DNA of 64,000 bases from an uncultured Marinosulfonomonas sp. GTDB taxonomy: Bacteria; Pseudomonadota; Alphaproteobacteria; Rhodobacterales; Rhodobacteraceae. Made by a program: the position numbers and the translations under genes. Below are positions 48,523 through 57,682 of this stretch, one piece after another (position 1 is the stretch's first letter; each line of letters opens with the position of its first letter). The stretch covers positions 8,965 to 72,964 of the forward strand of contig CAZRHV010000006.1 in NCBI GenBank assembly GCA_964599985.1. Reading direction: 5' to 3'. Below the pieces are notes generated by a model. It worked only from the letters and a program-made list of their open reading frames with translations. It searched no databases and was not told where the DNA came from.

Positions 48523-49074
48523 GTGATAAAGGCGAAATATTGCCTGACAATAACCCTTGGTCGGCTGTGCTGCATAATACGGGGAACTGAATTGCGAACC
48601 TTAGGCACTTTGATCATTTTGTTCTCCCTGTGGCTACTTATGTCCGGGATATACAAGCCACTGCTGATTGGGCTAGGGTTTGCTTCGGTCCTGTTGGTGC
48701 TGTACATAACCAAACGCATGGATGCGCTGGACAACGATCGGATTGAGATACAACTTTCACCCTTTCGGCTTGTCAAATATCTAACCTGGTTGATGATGGA
48801 ATTAGTCTACTCCAATTGGGCTGTAACTAAAATTATTCTGTCGCGAAAGATGTCAGTCAGACAGCACTTATTTACGGTGCCTTACACCCAGAAAACCGAT
48901 ATCGGACAAGTCATTTTTGCCAATTCTATTACGCTGACCCCTGGAACAATTACCGTGGAAACCGAGGGGGGCCATTTTTTGGTTCACGCTCTGGCTTATA
49001 ATTCTGAAGTTCCGGCTTCTCTTGCAAATATGTGTGCCCGTGTCACTGAAACCGAAAAGTCGGAGCAGATTTGA
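48523..49074 (+). CDS. mrpE: Mrp/Mnh-type cation:proton antiporter subunit E
   Basis: LIILFSLWLLMSG... MnhE-like N-terminus and size. The true start may be the in-frame TTG at 48592 (GGGGA Shine-Dalgarno sequence). Confidence 0.75.
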   Translation: MIKAKYCLTITLGRLCCIIRGTELRTLGTLIILFSLWLLMSGIYKPLLIGLGFASVLLVLYITKRMDALDNDRIEIQLSPFRLVKYLTWLMMELVYSNWAVTKIILSRKMSVRQHLFTVPYTQKTDIGQVIFANSITLTPGTITVETEGGHFLVHALAYNSEVPASLANMCARVTETEKSEQI

Positions 49075-49367
49075 TGTTCGTCGTGGCTGCTTTTTCACTA
49101 TTCGTTGGCATGGCGCTGGTGTTGATCCGACTTTATGCAGGTCCAACGCTATATGATCGCGTTTTGGCGGTGAATTCCTTTGGCACCCATACAGTGCTCT
49201 TTATTGGCGTATTGGGTTTTTTAATGGGCCGGCCCGACTTCTTGGATATTGCCCTGCTATATGCCCTGATAAATTTTGTCGGGACCATCGCCATCCTGAA
49301 ATATTTTCGCTACCGCGCAATTGGCGACATTTCCCAGATATCCGGTGATCAGGAAGCAGGGCAATGA
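49071..49367 (+). CDS. mrpF: Mrp antiporter subunit F
   Basis: 98 aa with 3 TM helices, in the position after E. ATGA overlap. Confidence 0.75.
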   Translation: MMFVVAAFSLFVGMALVLIRLYAGPTLYDRVLAVNSFGTHTVLFIGVLGFLMGRPDFLDIALLYALINFVGTIAILKYFRYRAIGDISQISGDQEAGQ

Positions 49368-49744
49368 TAATGCTGAACACGCTAATTGAAATCCTAAGCT
49401 GGATATTCATCTTGGGTGGATCGATTTTCGTAATCATTGGTGCATTTGGCACCCTGCGGTTTCCCGATTTCTGGTCGCGGCTACACGCTGTTTCAATCAC
49501 AGATTCCGCAGGTGTGATTTTGCTAATCACCGGCATGTGCTTACAAGCCGGAGCCACGCTGACCACCGTCAAGCTGTTGATCATCGGCGTATTTTTGTTC
49601 ATTACTGGCCCGACTGCGACCCATGCGGTTGCCAATGCAGCACTTGTAACCGGGCTTCGCCCGGCAGAGGCAAAAGGACTGAAAGGGGCCGAACCTGAGC
49701 CGATCATTTCGCAAGATGAGCAGAAAGAAATGAATGATGATTGA
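49364..49744 (+). CDS. mrpG: Mrp antiporter subunit G
   Basis: GAFGTLRFPDFWSRLHA motif typical of MnhG. 126 aa. Confidence 0.8.
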   Translation: MIMLNTLIEILSWIFILGGSIFVIIGAFGTLRFPDFWSRLHAVSITDSAGVILLITGMCLQAGATLTTVKLLIIGVFLFITGPTATHAVANAALVTGLRPAEAKGLKGAEPEPIISQDEQKEMNDD

Positions 49745-50318
49745 GGCCACCATCAATTTAACACTGTTTATTATGCTGGTGGTCACCGCTATCGCGGTTG
49801 TGCGCATTCAAAGGCTGTTTGCGGTTGTAATGCTTTCAGGTGTGTTCAGCCTGCTTTCTGCGTTGCTTTTTGTGACACTTGATGCAGTAGATGTCGCCTT
49901 TACAGAGGCCGCGGTTGGCGCTGGCATCTCCTCCGTTTTGTTACTTGGAACACTGGCTCTGACGTCGCGCACGGAAAAACCATCCAGCCATTCCCCGGTT
50001 ATTCCATTGTTCGTAGTCACCGTAACAGGTGCGGCGATCATTTATGGCACGCTGGACATGCCAAACTTTGGCGCGTCCGACAGTCCGGCGCAACTTGGCG
50101 TGGCCGCTGAATACCTGGCCCGCAGCCCTGAAGATATCGATATTCCCAATGTCGTTACAGCCATACTTGCCAGCTATCGGGGATACGACACGTTGGGTGA
50201 AACTGCAGTCGTGTTTACCGCAGGCGTTGGCGTATTGATGCTGATCTCCGGCCTAAAAAGTCGCCGCCGCCGGGAAGATGAAATTGAAGATGAACAGGAT
50301 CGGGGGGCCGGTCCCTGA
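49734..50318 (+). CDS. MnhB-related membrane protein (DUF4040/MbhD-like N-part plus MnhB signature)
   Basis: N-terminal 3 TM helices resemble the C-terminal region of MrpA. NVVTAILASYRGYDTLGETAVVFTAGVGV is the MnhB signature. Confidence 0.7.
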   Translation: MMIEATINLTLFIMLVVTAIAVVRIQRLFAVVMLSGVFSLLSALLFVTLDAVDVAFTEAAVGAGISSVLLLGTLALTSRTEKPSSHSPVIPLFVVTVTGAAIIYGTLDMPNFGASDSPAQLGVAAEYLARSPEDIDIPNVVTAILASYRGYDTLGETAVVFTAGVGVLMLISGLKSRRRREDEIEDEQDRGAGP

Positions 50319-50758
50319 TGCGCCACCACCTGATCCTTCGTGTTGTAACAAAGTTGCTGGTTGGTACCATCATATTGTTTGCACTCTATGTGCAATTCCA
50401 CGGTGATTATTCCCCCGGCGGCGGCTTTCAGGCCGGGGTGATTATGGCGGTGGCGTTTATCCTCTATGGCCTTGTTTTTGGCTTGCAAAAGGTGCAGATT
50501 GTATTCCCACCTTGGCTGGTTCACCGATTAATGGCACTGGGGGTATTGGTCTATGCTGGCACCGGTATCATCAGCCTGTTTCTTGGCTTTGATTACCTAG
50601 ATTATGGGGCCTTTGACCCGCTTCATCCATCATCAGGTCAACATACCGGCATCCTGTGGGTCGAGGCTGGTGTCGGCATTACTGTCACGGGTGTGATGGT
50701 TGCGATTTATTACGCCTTTGCCGGTCGACCACCGCGTATCAGCGATGAGGAATGGTGA
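50318..50758 (+). CDS. MnhB-domain membrane protein (second B-like piece)
   Basis: FHGDYSPGGGFQAGVIMAVAF motif of MnhB/MbhE-F-like proteins. Confidence 0.7.
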   Translation: MRHHLILRVVTKLLVGTIILFALYVQFHGDYSPGGGFQAGVIMAVAFILYGLVFGLQKVQIVFPPWLVHRLMALGVLVYAGTGIISLFLGFDYLDYGAFDPLHPSSGQHTGILWVEAGVGITVTGVMVAIYYAFAGRPPRISDEEW

Positions 50759-51183
50759 TGGATTGGGAATACATTGTCGGCCATTTGAATTACTGGCTGT
50801 TCACTGTCTTGATGATGACGGGTCTGTATATCGTTGTGGCCAAAGGCAATCTAGTGAAAAAGATTGTCGGGCTGAACATATTTCAGACGGCTGTTTTCAT
50901 GTTCTACATCTCGCTTAGCGAAGTCACCGGCGGCACCGCACCGATATTTCCAGCCGACATGAAAATTGACCCACAGGTAATTTATTCCAACCCATTACCG
51001 CATGTGTTGATCTTAACGGCAATTGTTGTTGGCATAGCCACCACTTCGCTTGGTTTGGCGCTGATCGTGCGCATACGCGAAGAGTTTGGCACAATTGAGG
51101 AAGAAGACCTGCTTGCAATAGAAACCAAGCTGGTGCGGGACGAAAACCGAAAACACGGACAATCCATGGGCGGGCGCGCCTGA
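50752..51183 (+). CDS. mrpC: Mrp antiporter subunit C (NuoK-like)
   Basis: 3-TM NuoK-like core (GLNIFQTAVFMFYI...) with a charged C-terminal tail. Confidence 0.75.
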   Translation: MVMDWEYIVGHLNYWLFTVLMMTGLYIVVAKGNLVKKIVGLNIFQTAVFMFYISLSEVTGGTAPIFPADMKIDPQVIYSNPLPHVLILTAIVVGIATTSLGLALIVRIREEFGTIEEEDLLAIETKLVRDENRKHGQSMGGRA

Positions 51184-52694
51184 TGGCTGCTGAAACCATC
51201 CAGGTAGCGCGGACCTTGGCCGACCATTTGCCGATCCTTCAGGTTTTGGTGCCTTTCGTTGCTGCGCCATTGGTGGTGCTAATTGGGTCAAGAAAACTGG
51301 CATGGCCAATTGCTTTTGTCGCCAGTTTGGCAACATTTTTCATTGCCCTGACATTGTTGCTTAAGGTTATGGATGGCGGCGTGATTTCCTATGAAATCGG
51401 CGGATGGGCACCGCCCCTTGGTATTGAGTACCGCATCGACGCAGCCAACGCTTTTGTGCTGTTGTTGGTTTCAGCCATCGGCGCAATTGTTCTACCGTAC
51501 GCGCTGCAAAGCGTAAAATCCGAAATTCCCGCGCATCACCATTCGTTGTTTTACACCATGTACCTTTTGTGCCTCTCTGGTCTGCTTGGTGTCGTGGCAA
51601 CAGGTGATGCGTTCAACGTGTTTGTCTTCCTAGAAGTCTCTTCGCTTTCTACTTACGCCCTCGTTTCTATGGGGTCATACCGCGATAAACGTGCGCTGAC
51701 GGCAGCCTATGATTACTTGATCATGGGCACAATTGGGGCCACGTTTTTCGTAATTGGCATTGGCTTTCTTTATGCCGGAACCGGCACGCTAAACTTGGCC
51801 GGTATTGCTAATTACATCTCGATCAACGGCTCTGACCGTACCATCCAGACAGCGTTTGCGTTTATCGTCGTCGGCATGGGGCTAAAGGTTGCCGTCTATC
51901 CACTGCACCTGTGGTTGCCAAACGCCTATACTTACGCTCCTTCCGCCGTCACCGTTTTTTTGGCCGCCACTGCCACCAAAGTCGCAATTTACGTGCTGAT
52001 GCGATTCATGTTTACCGTGTTCCAACCCGAATTTCTGTTTGACGTCAGCGCCCTGAAATTCTTGCTAATCCCGCTTGCGGTCCTGGCGATGTTTGCTGCC
52101 TCACTTATCGCTGTATTTCAGACCGATCTGAAACGAATGCTCGCCTATTCCAGCATTGCACAGATTGGCTATATCTTGCTTGGCATTGCTATTCTTTCGC
52201 ACACTGGCCTGACGGCGGCAATTGTGCACCTTTTCAACCACGGCATCACCAAAGCAGCCTTGTTCATGGGTGTCGGCGCATTGGTTTTCCGGTCTGGCAG
52301 TTCCTTTTATGACAAAATCCAGGGTATGGGAAAAACCATGCCATTCACCAGTTTTGCCATCGTCATTGCCGGTCTTTCCCTGATTGGTATCCCCGGCACG
52401 GCCGGTTTCATTAGCAAGTGGGTGCTGATTCAGGCGGCGCTGGAAAAGGGCTGGTGGCCGATTGCCCTGCTGATTGTGGGGTCTTCACTGCTCGCGGTTA
52501 TCTACGTTTGGCGCGTGGTTGAGATCCTCTATATGAAACAACCCGCTAAAAACGCTGTGCACTCTGAAGCGCCCTTAACAATGCTGATCCCGCTTTGGGT
52601 AATGACACTTGCAACTCTCTGGTTCGGAATTGATACCGACCTCACGTTGACAGCGGCGCGCGTCGCCGCTGACGGGTTGTTAGGGGGGCAGTAG
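51183..52694 (+). CDS. mrpD: Mrp subunit D-like (NuoL/M/N family) proton-conducting subunit, copy 1
   Basis: 503 aa, about 14 TM helices. HLWLPNAY and KRMLAYSSIAQIGY motifs. Confidence 0.8.
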   Translation: MAAETIQVARTLADHLPILQVLVPFVAAPLVVLIGSRKLAWPIAFVASLATFFIALTLLLKVMDGGVISYEIGGWAPPLGIEYRIDAANAFVLLLVSAIGAIVLPYALQSVKSEIPAHHHSLFYTMYLLCLSGLLGVVATGDAFNVFVFLEVSSLSTYALVSMGSYRDKRALTAAYDYLIMGTIGATFFVIGIGFLYAGTGTLNLAGIANYISINGSDRTIQTAFAFIVVGMGLKVAVYPLHLWLPNAYTYAPSAVTVFLAATATKVAIYVLMRFMFTVFQPEFLFDVSALKFLLIPLAVLAMFAASLIAVFQTDLKRMLAYSSIAQIGYILLGIAILSHTGLTAAIVHLFNHGITKAALFMGVGALVFRSGSSFYDKIQGMGKTMPFTSFAIVIAGLSLIGIPGTAGFISKWVLIQAALEKGWWPIALLIVGSSLLAVIYVWRVVEILYMKQPAKNAVHSEAPLTMLIPLWVMTLATLWFGIDTDLTLTAARVAADGLLGGQ

Positions 52695-54164
52695 ATGGAA
52701 ACCAATACCGCTATAATCCTTTCCATGCTGATCCCTGCCGGGGCGTCAGCGCTGAACCTGATCTTGCGCAACCACCCGGATTTACGCGACGGTGTCACAT
52801 TGGGTGCTGCATTCGCCACCTTCGCCGCCGTCATGACCATCCTGACCAACGTGGGCAATGGAACTACCGAACCGCTAACATTGCTCGAGGTTTTTCCCGG
52901 CATCAGCATTGCCTTCAACGTCGAACCTCTTGGCCTACTATTTGCCATCGTCGCCTCTGGCCTGTGGATACTCACGCATATCTATGCCGTCGGATACATG
53001 CGCGGGAACAACGAAGACAACCACCCGCGTTTCTTTGCCAGTTTCTCGCTGGCCATTGCTGCGGTTATGGGGCTGGCGTTCTCAGCCAACATGTTCACAC
53101 TGTTCCTGTTCTACGAAATGCTCACGTTGTCGACTTACCCGCTGGTTGCACACAAAGGCACACCAGAAGCAATCAAAGGTGCGCGGACCTATCTGGGCAT
53201 CCTGATGGGCACATCGATCGGCTTGCTGCTGGTCGCGGTGATCTGGACCTTCACAATCACCGGCACTCTGGATTTCACTAAAGGTGGCATCTTGCAGGGC
53301 CATATCGCTGGTCCGTTGGTCGCTGTCCTGCTGGCGCTCTACGCTTTTGGTATCGGCAAGGCGGCATTAATGCCGTTCCACCGCTGGCTCCCTGCCGCCA
53401 TGGTCGCGCCCACGCCTGTCAGCGCCTTGTTGCACGCCGTTGCAGTGGTCAAGGCTGGTGTTTTCACCATGCTCAAAGTCGGCATCTACATCTTCGGCAT
53501 TGATTTTCTGGCTGAAACCGGCGCGTCCGAATGGCTGATGTGGCTAGCCGCCTACACCATCATCGCAGCCTCGGTTGTGGCGATGACCAAAGACAACCTA
53601 AAGGCCCGGCTGGCCTATTCAACGATTTCGCAGCTTGGTTACATCACCCTTGGCATGGCGCTGGCCACTTCGATGGGCGCAATTGGCGGCGGTATGCACA
53701 TCGCGATGCACGCCATGGGAAAGATCACACTATTCATGTGCGCAGGCTCAATCTACGTCGCCACTAAGAAAACCAACATCAGCCAGATGACCGGCCTTGG
53801 CCGCCTGATGCCGATAACCTTTGGCGCGTTTTTTATCGGCTCACTTTCAGTTATCGGACTGCCGCCTCTGGGCGGATCATGGTCCAAATGGTTGCTGATT
53901 GTCGGGGCCGCTGATGCCGGTCAACAAATTATGATTGCTGTCCTGATGCTAAGTTCGCTCCTGAACGTCGCCTACCTAATGCCGGTGGTCGCGCGCGGCT
54001 TCTTCCTGCAATCCCCTGACGCAACCGCTGCCCCGTCCCGCATGTCCGAGGCCCCATTACTTTGCTGGCTTCCCCCCGCGGTCACGGCGCTGGGCTGTCT
54101 GATCCTGTTCTTTTATGCCGGTGCCATACTGGATTTTCTGGCGCCTTTGGTCGCAGCGAATTAG
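52695..54164 (+). CDS. Mrp subunit D-like (NuoL/M/N family) proton-conducting subunit, copy 2
   Basis: 489 aa. HRWLPAAMVAPTPVSALLHA and ARLAYSTISQLGY motifs. Confidence 0.8.
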   Translation: METNTAIILSMLIPAGASALNLILRNHPDLRDGVTLGAAFATFAAVMTILTNVGNGTTEPLTLLEVFPGISIAFNVEPLGLLFAIVASGLWILTHIYAVGYMRGNNEDNHPRFFASFSLAIAAVMGLAFSANMFTLFLFYEMLTLSTYPLVAHKGTPEAIKGARTYLGILMGTSIGLLLVAVIWTFTITGTLDFTKGGILQGHIAGPLVAVLLALYAFGIGKAALMPFHRWLPAAMVAPTPVSALLHAVAVVKAGVFTMLKVGIYIFGIDFLAETGASEWLMWLAAYTIIAASVVAMTKDNLKARLAYSTISQLGYITLGMALATSMGAIGGGMHIAMHAMGKITLFMCAGSIYVATKKTNISQMTGLGRLMPITFGAFFIGSLSVIGLPPLGGSWSKWLLIVGAADAGQQIMIAVLMLSSLLNVAYLMPVVARGFFLQSPDATAAPSRMSEAPLLCWLPPAVTALGCLILFFYAGAILDFLAPLVAAN

Positions 54165-54174
54165 TGAGGCAAGA

Positions 54175-54525
54175 ATGAGTGAGAAACAAAACGAAGACAC
54201 AAGCACATTTCCTGCGTTGGGGCGTGCCATGCTTTGGGTGGACAGTAAGAAGAACGTCGACCGTTTCGTCTACGGGCTTTACATAGTCTGTGCGGGACTT
54301 TTTGCCGCCGACTTCTTCTACAAGAAATATACCTACCTTGCGGTCGAGAACATCCCGGGTTTCTACGCTTTGTATGGGTTCTTCATGTGTGCGGCACTGG
54401 TGATTTGCGCCAAGGCGATGCGCGTGTTTCTGAAACGGCCGGAAGACTACTATGCACCCTACGATGTAGAGTCAGAGGATTATCCGGCGTCCGGGCTGGA
54501 AAGGCTGAACAATGACGCTGATTGA
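54175..54525 (+). CDS. small two-TM membrane protein of unknown function inside the Mrp cluster
   Basis: GTGAGG Shine-Dalgarno sequence then ATG 54175. 116 aa with two hydrophobic helices (FVYGLYIVCAGLFAADFF, FYALYGFFMCAALVICA) and acidic termini. Overlaps the next gene by 14 nt. Confidence 0.6.
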   Translation: MSEKQNEDTSTFPALGRAMLWVDSKKNVDRFVYGLYIVCAGLFAADFFYKKYTYLAVENIPGFYALYGFFMCAALVICAKAMRVFLKRPEDYYAPYDVESEDYPASGLERLNNDAD

Positions 54526-56215
54526 GCAGATCCCTACCGCGTTTCTGTTTTTTGGCGCCGCCTTCTTATTACTGGCCTTGCCCAAGGGTCCGGCGCGTGG
54601 GGTATTGTTGTTGCTGGTTCCGGCCATCGCGGGTTTGCAGGTCTGGGGGCTAGAACCGGGGCTGAATGCACAGTTAGACTTTTTTGGTTTTGAGCTGGAA
54701 CTGATGCGTGTCGACAAGCTGTCGCGGATTTTTGCTATCATCTTTTGCCTGTCTGCGTTTCTGGGCAATATTTATGCTTGGCATTTGCGCGATACGGTGC
54801 AGCAAATGGCGGCGCTGATGTATGCCGGGGCGGCGATTGGGGCGCTGTTTGCCGGCGATCTGATAACGCTGTTTTTTTACTGGGAAGGCACCGCGATTTC
54901 GTCCGTGTTCCTGATCTGGGCGCGCCGCTCCGAAGGGGCGTTTTACACTGGCATGCGCTACCTGATCGTGCAGGTTGGATCAGGTGTGGTTCTGATCGCT
55001 GGGGTGGCGCTGTATTACCGCGACACCGGCTCTATCACGTTCGGGCTGATGACGTTGAATTCGCTGGGCACATGGCTGATTTTCCTGTCATTTGGCGTCA
55101 AATGCGCCTTTCCATTGCTTCACAATTGGTTGCAAGACAGCTATCCGGCTGCCACTGTCACCGGCACCGTGATTCTGTCGGCCTTTACGACGAAATTGGC
55201 GGTCTATGCGCTGGCGCGTGGCTTTCCAGGGACGGAATTACTGATCTATATCGGCGCGATCATGACGCTTTTCCCGATTTTCTACGCGGTGATCGAAAAT
55301 GACCTTCGACGGGTGCTGGCCTACAGCCTGAACAATCAGCTGGGGTTCATGGTTGTTGGTATTGGCATCGGAACCGAGATGGCGATTAACGGCACTGTTG
55401 CGCACGCATTTGCGCATATTCTCTATAAGGCGCTGCTTTTCATGAGCATCGGTGCCGTCCTGTTTCGCACCGGCACCTCCAAGGGTTCCGAGCTTGGTGG
55501 TCTCTATAAAACCATGCCACTTACCATGATTTTTTGCGTTATCGGCGCAGCCTCTATCTCGGCCTTTCCGCTGTTTTCGGGTTTTGTGACCAAGTCGCTT
55601 ATCCTGTCCGCCTCGGTGGATAAGGGCTATTACATCGTGTGGGCCATTCTTTTGTTCGCTTCGGCCGGGGTGTTCCACCATTCGGGCATCAAGATCCCCT
55701 ATTTCGCATTCTTTGCGCATGACAGTGGCCTGCGCCCGAAAGAGGCGCCACCGCACATGTTGCTTGCCATGGGTGCCACGGCATTTTTGTGCATTGCCAT
55801 CGGCGTCTACCCGGCACCGCTTTACGCGCTTTTGCCCTATGAGGTGGATTACGTGCCCTATACGATGACCCATGTCGTGACCCAGTTGCAGCTGCTGTTT
55901 TTCTCGGCACTTGCTTTCGCGATACTGATGCGTACCGGCGTATACCCACCGGAAATGCGCTCGATTAATCTGGATACCGACTGGATCTATCGCAAGTTGT
56001 TGCCGCGATTTGCCGGGTGGGCGGCAGGCATCGTTGCGGTGTTCTGGACTGGTAAATTGGCCTTTTGGCAACGCCAAATCAACAGAGCAATATCCGGCCT
56101 CTACCAATCCTATGGACCCGAAGGTCGCATGGCCAGCACATGGCCGACGGGTTCTATGGTGATCTGGATCGCAGTGCTTTTGGGCGCGACGCTAATTATC
56201 AATTTCCTAGGTTAA
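54512..56215 (+). CDS. NuoL/M/N-family proton-conducting subunit, copy 3 (MrpD/MrpA-like)
   Basis: 567 aa. LHNWLQDSYPAATVTGTV and RRVLAYSLNNQLGF motifs. Confidence 0.8.
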   Translation: MTLIEQIPTAFLFFGAAFLLLALPKGPARGVLLLLVPAIAGLQVWGLEPGLNAQLDFFGFELELMRVDKLSRIFAIIFCLSAFLGNIYAWHLRDTVQQMAALMYAGAAIGALFAGDLITLFFYWEGTAISSVFLIWARRSEGAFYTGMRYLIVQVGSGVVLIAGVALYYRDTGSITFGLMTLNSLGTWLIFLSFGVKCAFPLLHNWLQDSYPAATVTGTVILSAFTTKLAVYALARGFPGTELLIYIGAIMTLFPIFYAVIENDLRRVLAYSLNNQLGFMVVGIGIGTEMAINGTVAHAFAHILYKALLFMSIGAVLFRTGTSKGSELGGLYKTMPLTMIFCVIGAASISAFPLFSGFVTKSLILSASVDKGYYIVWAILLFASAGVFHHSGIKIPYFAFFAHDSGLRPKEAPPHMLLAMGATAFLCIAIGVYPAPLYALLPYEVDYVPYTMTHVVTQLQLLFFSALAFAILMRTGVYPPEMRSINLDTDWIYRKLLPRFAGWAAGIVAVFWTGKLAFWQRQINRAISGLYQSYGPEGRMASTWPTGSMVIWIAVLLGATLIINFLG

Positions 56216-57255
56216 GCCACCGCCGACCAGATTGATCCGGCAACAATCGAACCGACAAATGCAAAAGCAAGATACGATATAAATATCCGTGGCTTAACCA
56301 GCGCCCAAACCGCCACCGCTGCCGGGATACTACTAACGCCACCGGCCAAAACAAACGACATTGCGGCACCTTGGCTCATGCCTTGCTCCAACAGCCCGGC
56401 AATCAGTGGCACTGCCGCATAGCCATTCAGATACGCGGGTCCACCCATCAAGGCACCCAGAAAAATCGGCTGAAACCCGTCGCCGCCTAATACATTTGAA
56501 ACCAGTTCAGCGGGCATATAGGCCAGCATCAGCGCTTCCAGCGTATAGGCAAGCACAAGCCACTTTGTCAGAAACAGTGCGTTTTTTATGGCTTCACTGC
56601 GAAAGACATCAACGCGTTCTCGCTCCGCCCAAAATTTCCAAACCGGTTCACCCTCAAAACTGTTTGAGCCACAACCATAGCTGCCAGCCTTTACTTCTTT
56701 CAACGGATTGGCAAACAACCCGGTTGGTTTCAGCGCCATCACGCCAAAGCCACCCAGCAACCCCAGACCCACGGCGGCCATCATTTTGGCGATGGCAAAA
56801 TCAATGCCAAGGGCGCTTGCGGTGATCAAAAACATCGCCGGATCCATGATCGGAGACGCCAGCCAAAACGCCATTACCGCCGACAGCGGCACGCCCATTG
56901 CAAGCAGGGCGGCGATGAACGGTATCACCTCACAGGAACAAAACGGCGCGATGCCGCCGACCAGCGCTGCTACAAAAATCATCCGAGCTTCGCGGCCCAG
57001 AAATGCCTTTGCAACAATTGTCTCGGCGCCGCTGGCTTTTAAATAGCCGATCACCATCACAGCAAAGGCAATGAAAACAGAGGTTTGGGCAAAAGATTTG
57101 GCAGTGAATTTAAGCGTGGGCACGAACTGGTCAGGTGCAAAAATTGCCACCAGAGCAAATATTACAAAAATGGTTAGCCACACTTTATCAATCGACTTCC
57201 AAAGCCCGGTTAGTGGTCGGTGGGGCTGGGTATGTGAATGGGGAAGATCAGACAT
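56212..57255 (-). CDS. DUF318/ArsP-like permease (putative metal or metalloid transporter)
   Basis: 347 aa polytopic protein with a conserved IAPFCSCEVIPF cysteine motif and a His-rich N-terminus HSHTQPH. 1-nt overlap (TAATG) with arsR. Confidence 0.7.
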   Translation of the reverse strand: MSDLPHSHTQPHRPLTGLWKSIDKVWLTIFVIFALVAIFAPDQFVPTLKFTAKSFAQTSVFIAFAVMVIGYLKASGAETIVAKAFLGREARMIFVAALVGGIAPFCSCEVIPFIAALLAMGVPLSAVMAFWLASPIMDPAMFLITASALGIDFAIAKMMAAVGLGLLGGFGVMALKPTGLFANPLKEVKAGSYGCGSNSFEGEPVWKFWAERERVDVFRSEAIKNALFLTKWLVLAYTLEALMLAYMPAELVSNVLGGDGFQPIFLGALMGGPAYLNGYAAVPLIAGLLEQGMSQGAAMSFVLAGGVSSIPAAVAVWALVKPRIFISYLAFAFVGSIVAGSIWSAVA

Positions 57256-57602
57256 TATTCATCCCCTTGATGATGGTGGCTATGCTTACCCGCGTCAGCA
57301 CAGCATTCGGACAACAGGAACTCAGAAAGGCGTTCCACCATGTCATAGGCCACAGCAGCGCAGATGATTGAACGGCCCTTTTTGACCTGCTTTACCAACC
57401 CGGCATGGGTTAGGAATTTAACATGATGGGTTAGTGTAGAACCGGATATACTGGTAGCCTTCCCAAGCTCGCCGATCGACAGCCCTTCAGTACCCGAGCG
57501 GACCAAGGCCCGCATCACGCCAAGGCGCTGTTCTGATCCTAGGGCGGAAAACGCTAATGCGGCGTCTTCCAGCGAAGTGTCGTCGGTGTGATTCATTTCC
57601 AT
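57255..57602 (-). CDS. ArsR/SmtB family metal-responsive regulator
   Basis: wHTH ELGKATSISGSTLTHHVKFLTHAGLV and a C-terminal ligand-rich tail CCADAGKHSHHHQGDE. Start at ATG 57602 or 57596; the ORF-track start at 57638 runs into the AT-rich promoter. Confidence 0.8.
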   Translation of the reverse strand: MEMNHTDDTSLEDAALAFSALGSEQRLGVMRALVRSGTEGLSIGELGKATSISGSTLTHHVKFLTHAGLVKQVKKGRSIICAAVAYDMVERLSEFLLSECCADAGKHSHHHQGDE

Positions 57603-57604
57603 AG

Positions 57605-57633
57605 TTCTAAAATAATAGAAATATCGAAATATT
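57605..57633. promoter_or_regulatory. two adjacent AT-rich inverted repeats (TTCTA-N6-TAGAA and AATAT-N4-ATATT), candidate ArsR operator
   Basis: Read directly, immediately upstream of the arsR start. Confidence 0.3.
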
Positions 57634-57682
57634 GTCAACCCGCATCCTTGCGATTGCGCCGTGATCAGACCAGACTGCGTAG

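Noticed and set aside
48317-48776. ORFs 48317-48505 (plus) and 48516-48776 (minus) in or near the AT-rich spacer.
   Set aside because: They have no ribosome-binding sites or motifs, and their composition is typical of random frames in AT-rich DNA. The minus-strand ORF is antisense to mrpE.
55238-56107. Long antisense ORFs inside well-supported genes. Examples: 289 aa at 55238-56107 opposite the third Mrp D-like gene, 242 aa at 29053-29781 opposite acoB/acoC, 184 aa at 3171-3725, 167 aa at 15683-16186, 158 aa at 11381-11857, and 151 aa at 24918-25373.
   Set aside because: Their translations are Arg/Pro/Gly/Ser-rich and low in complexity, with no motifs. Each lies entirely opposite a gene with clear family signatures. 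They are the usual shadow ORFs of codon-biased genes.
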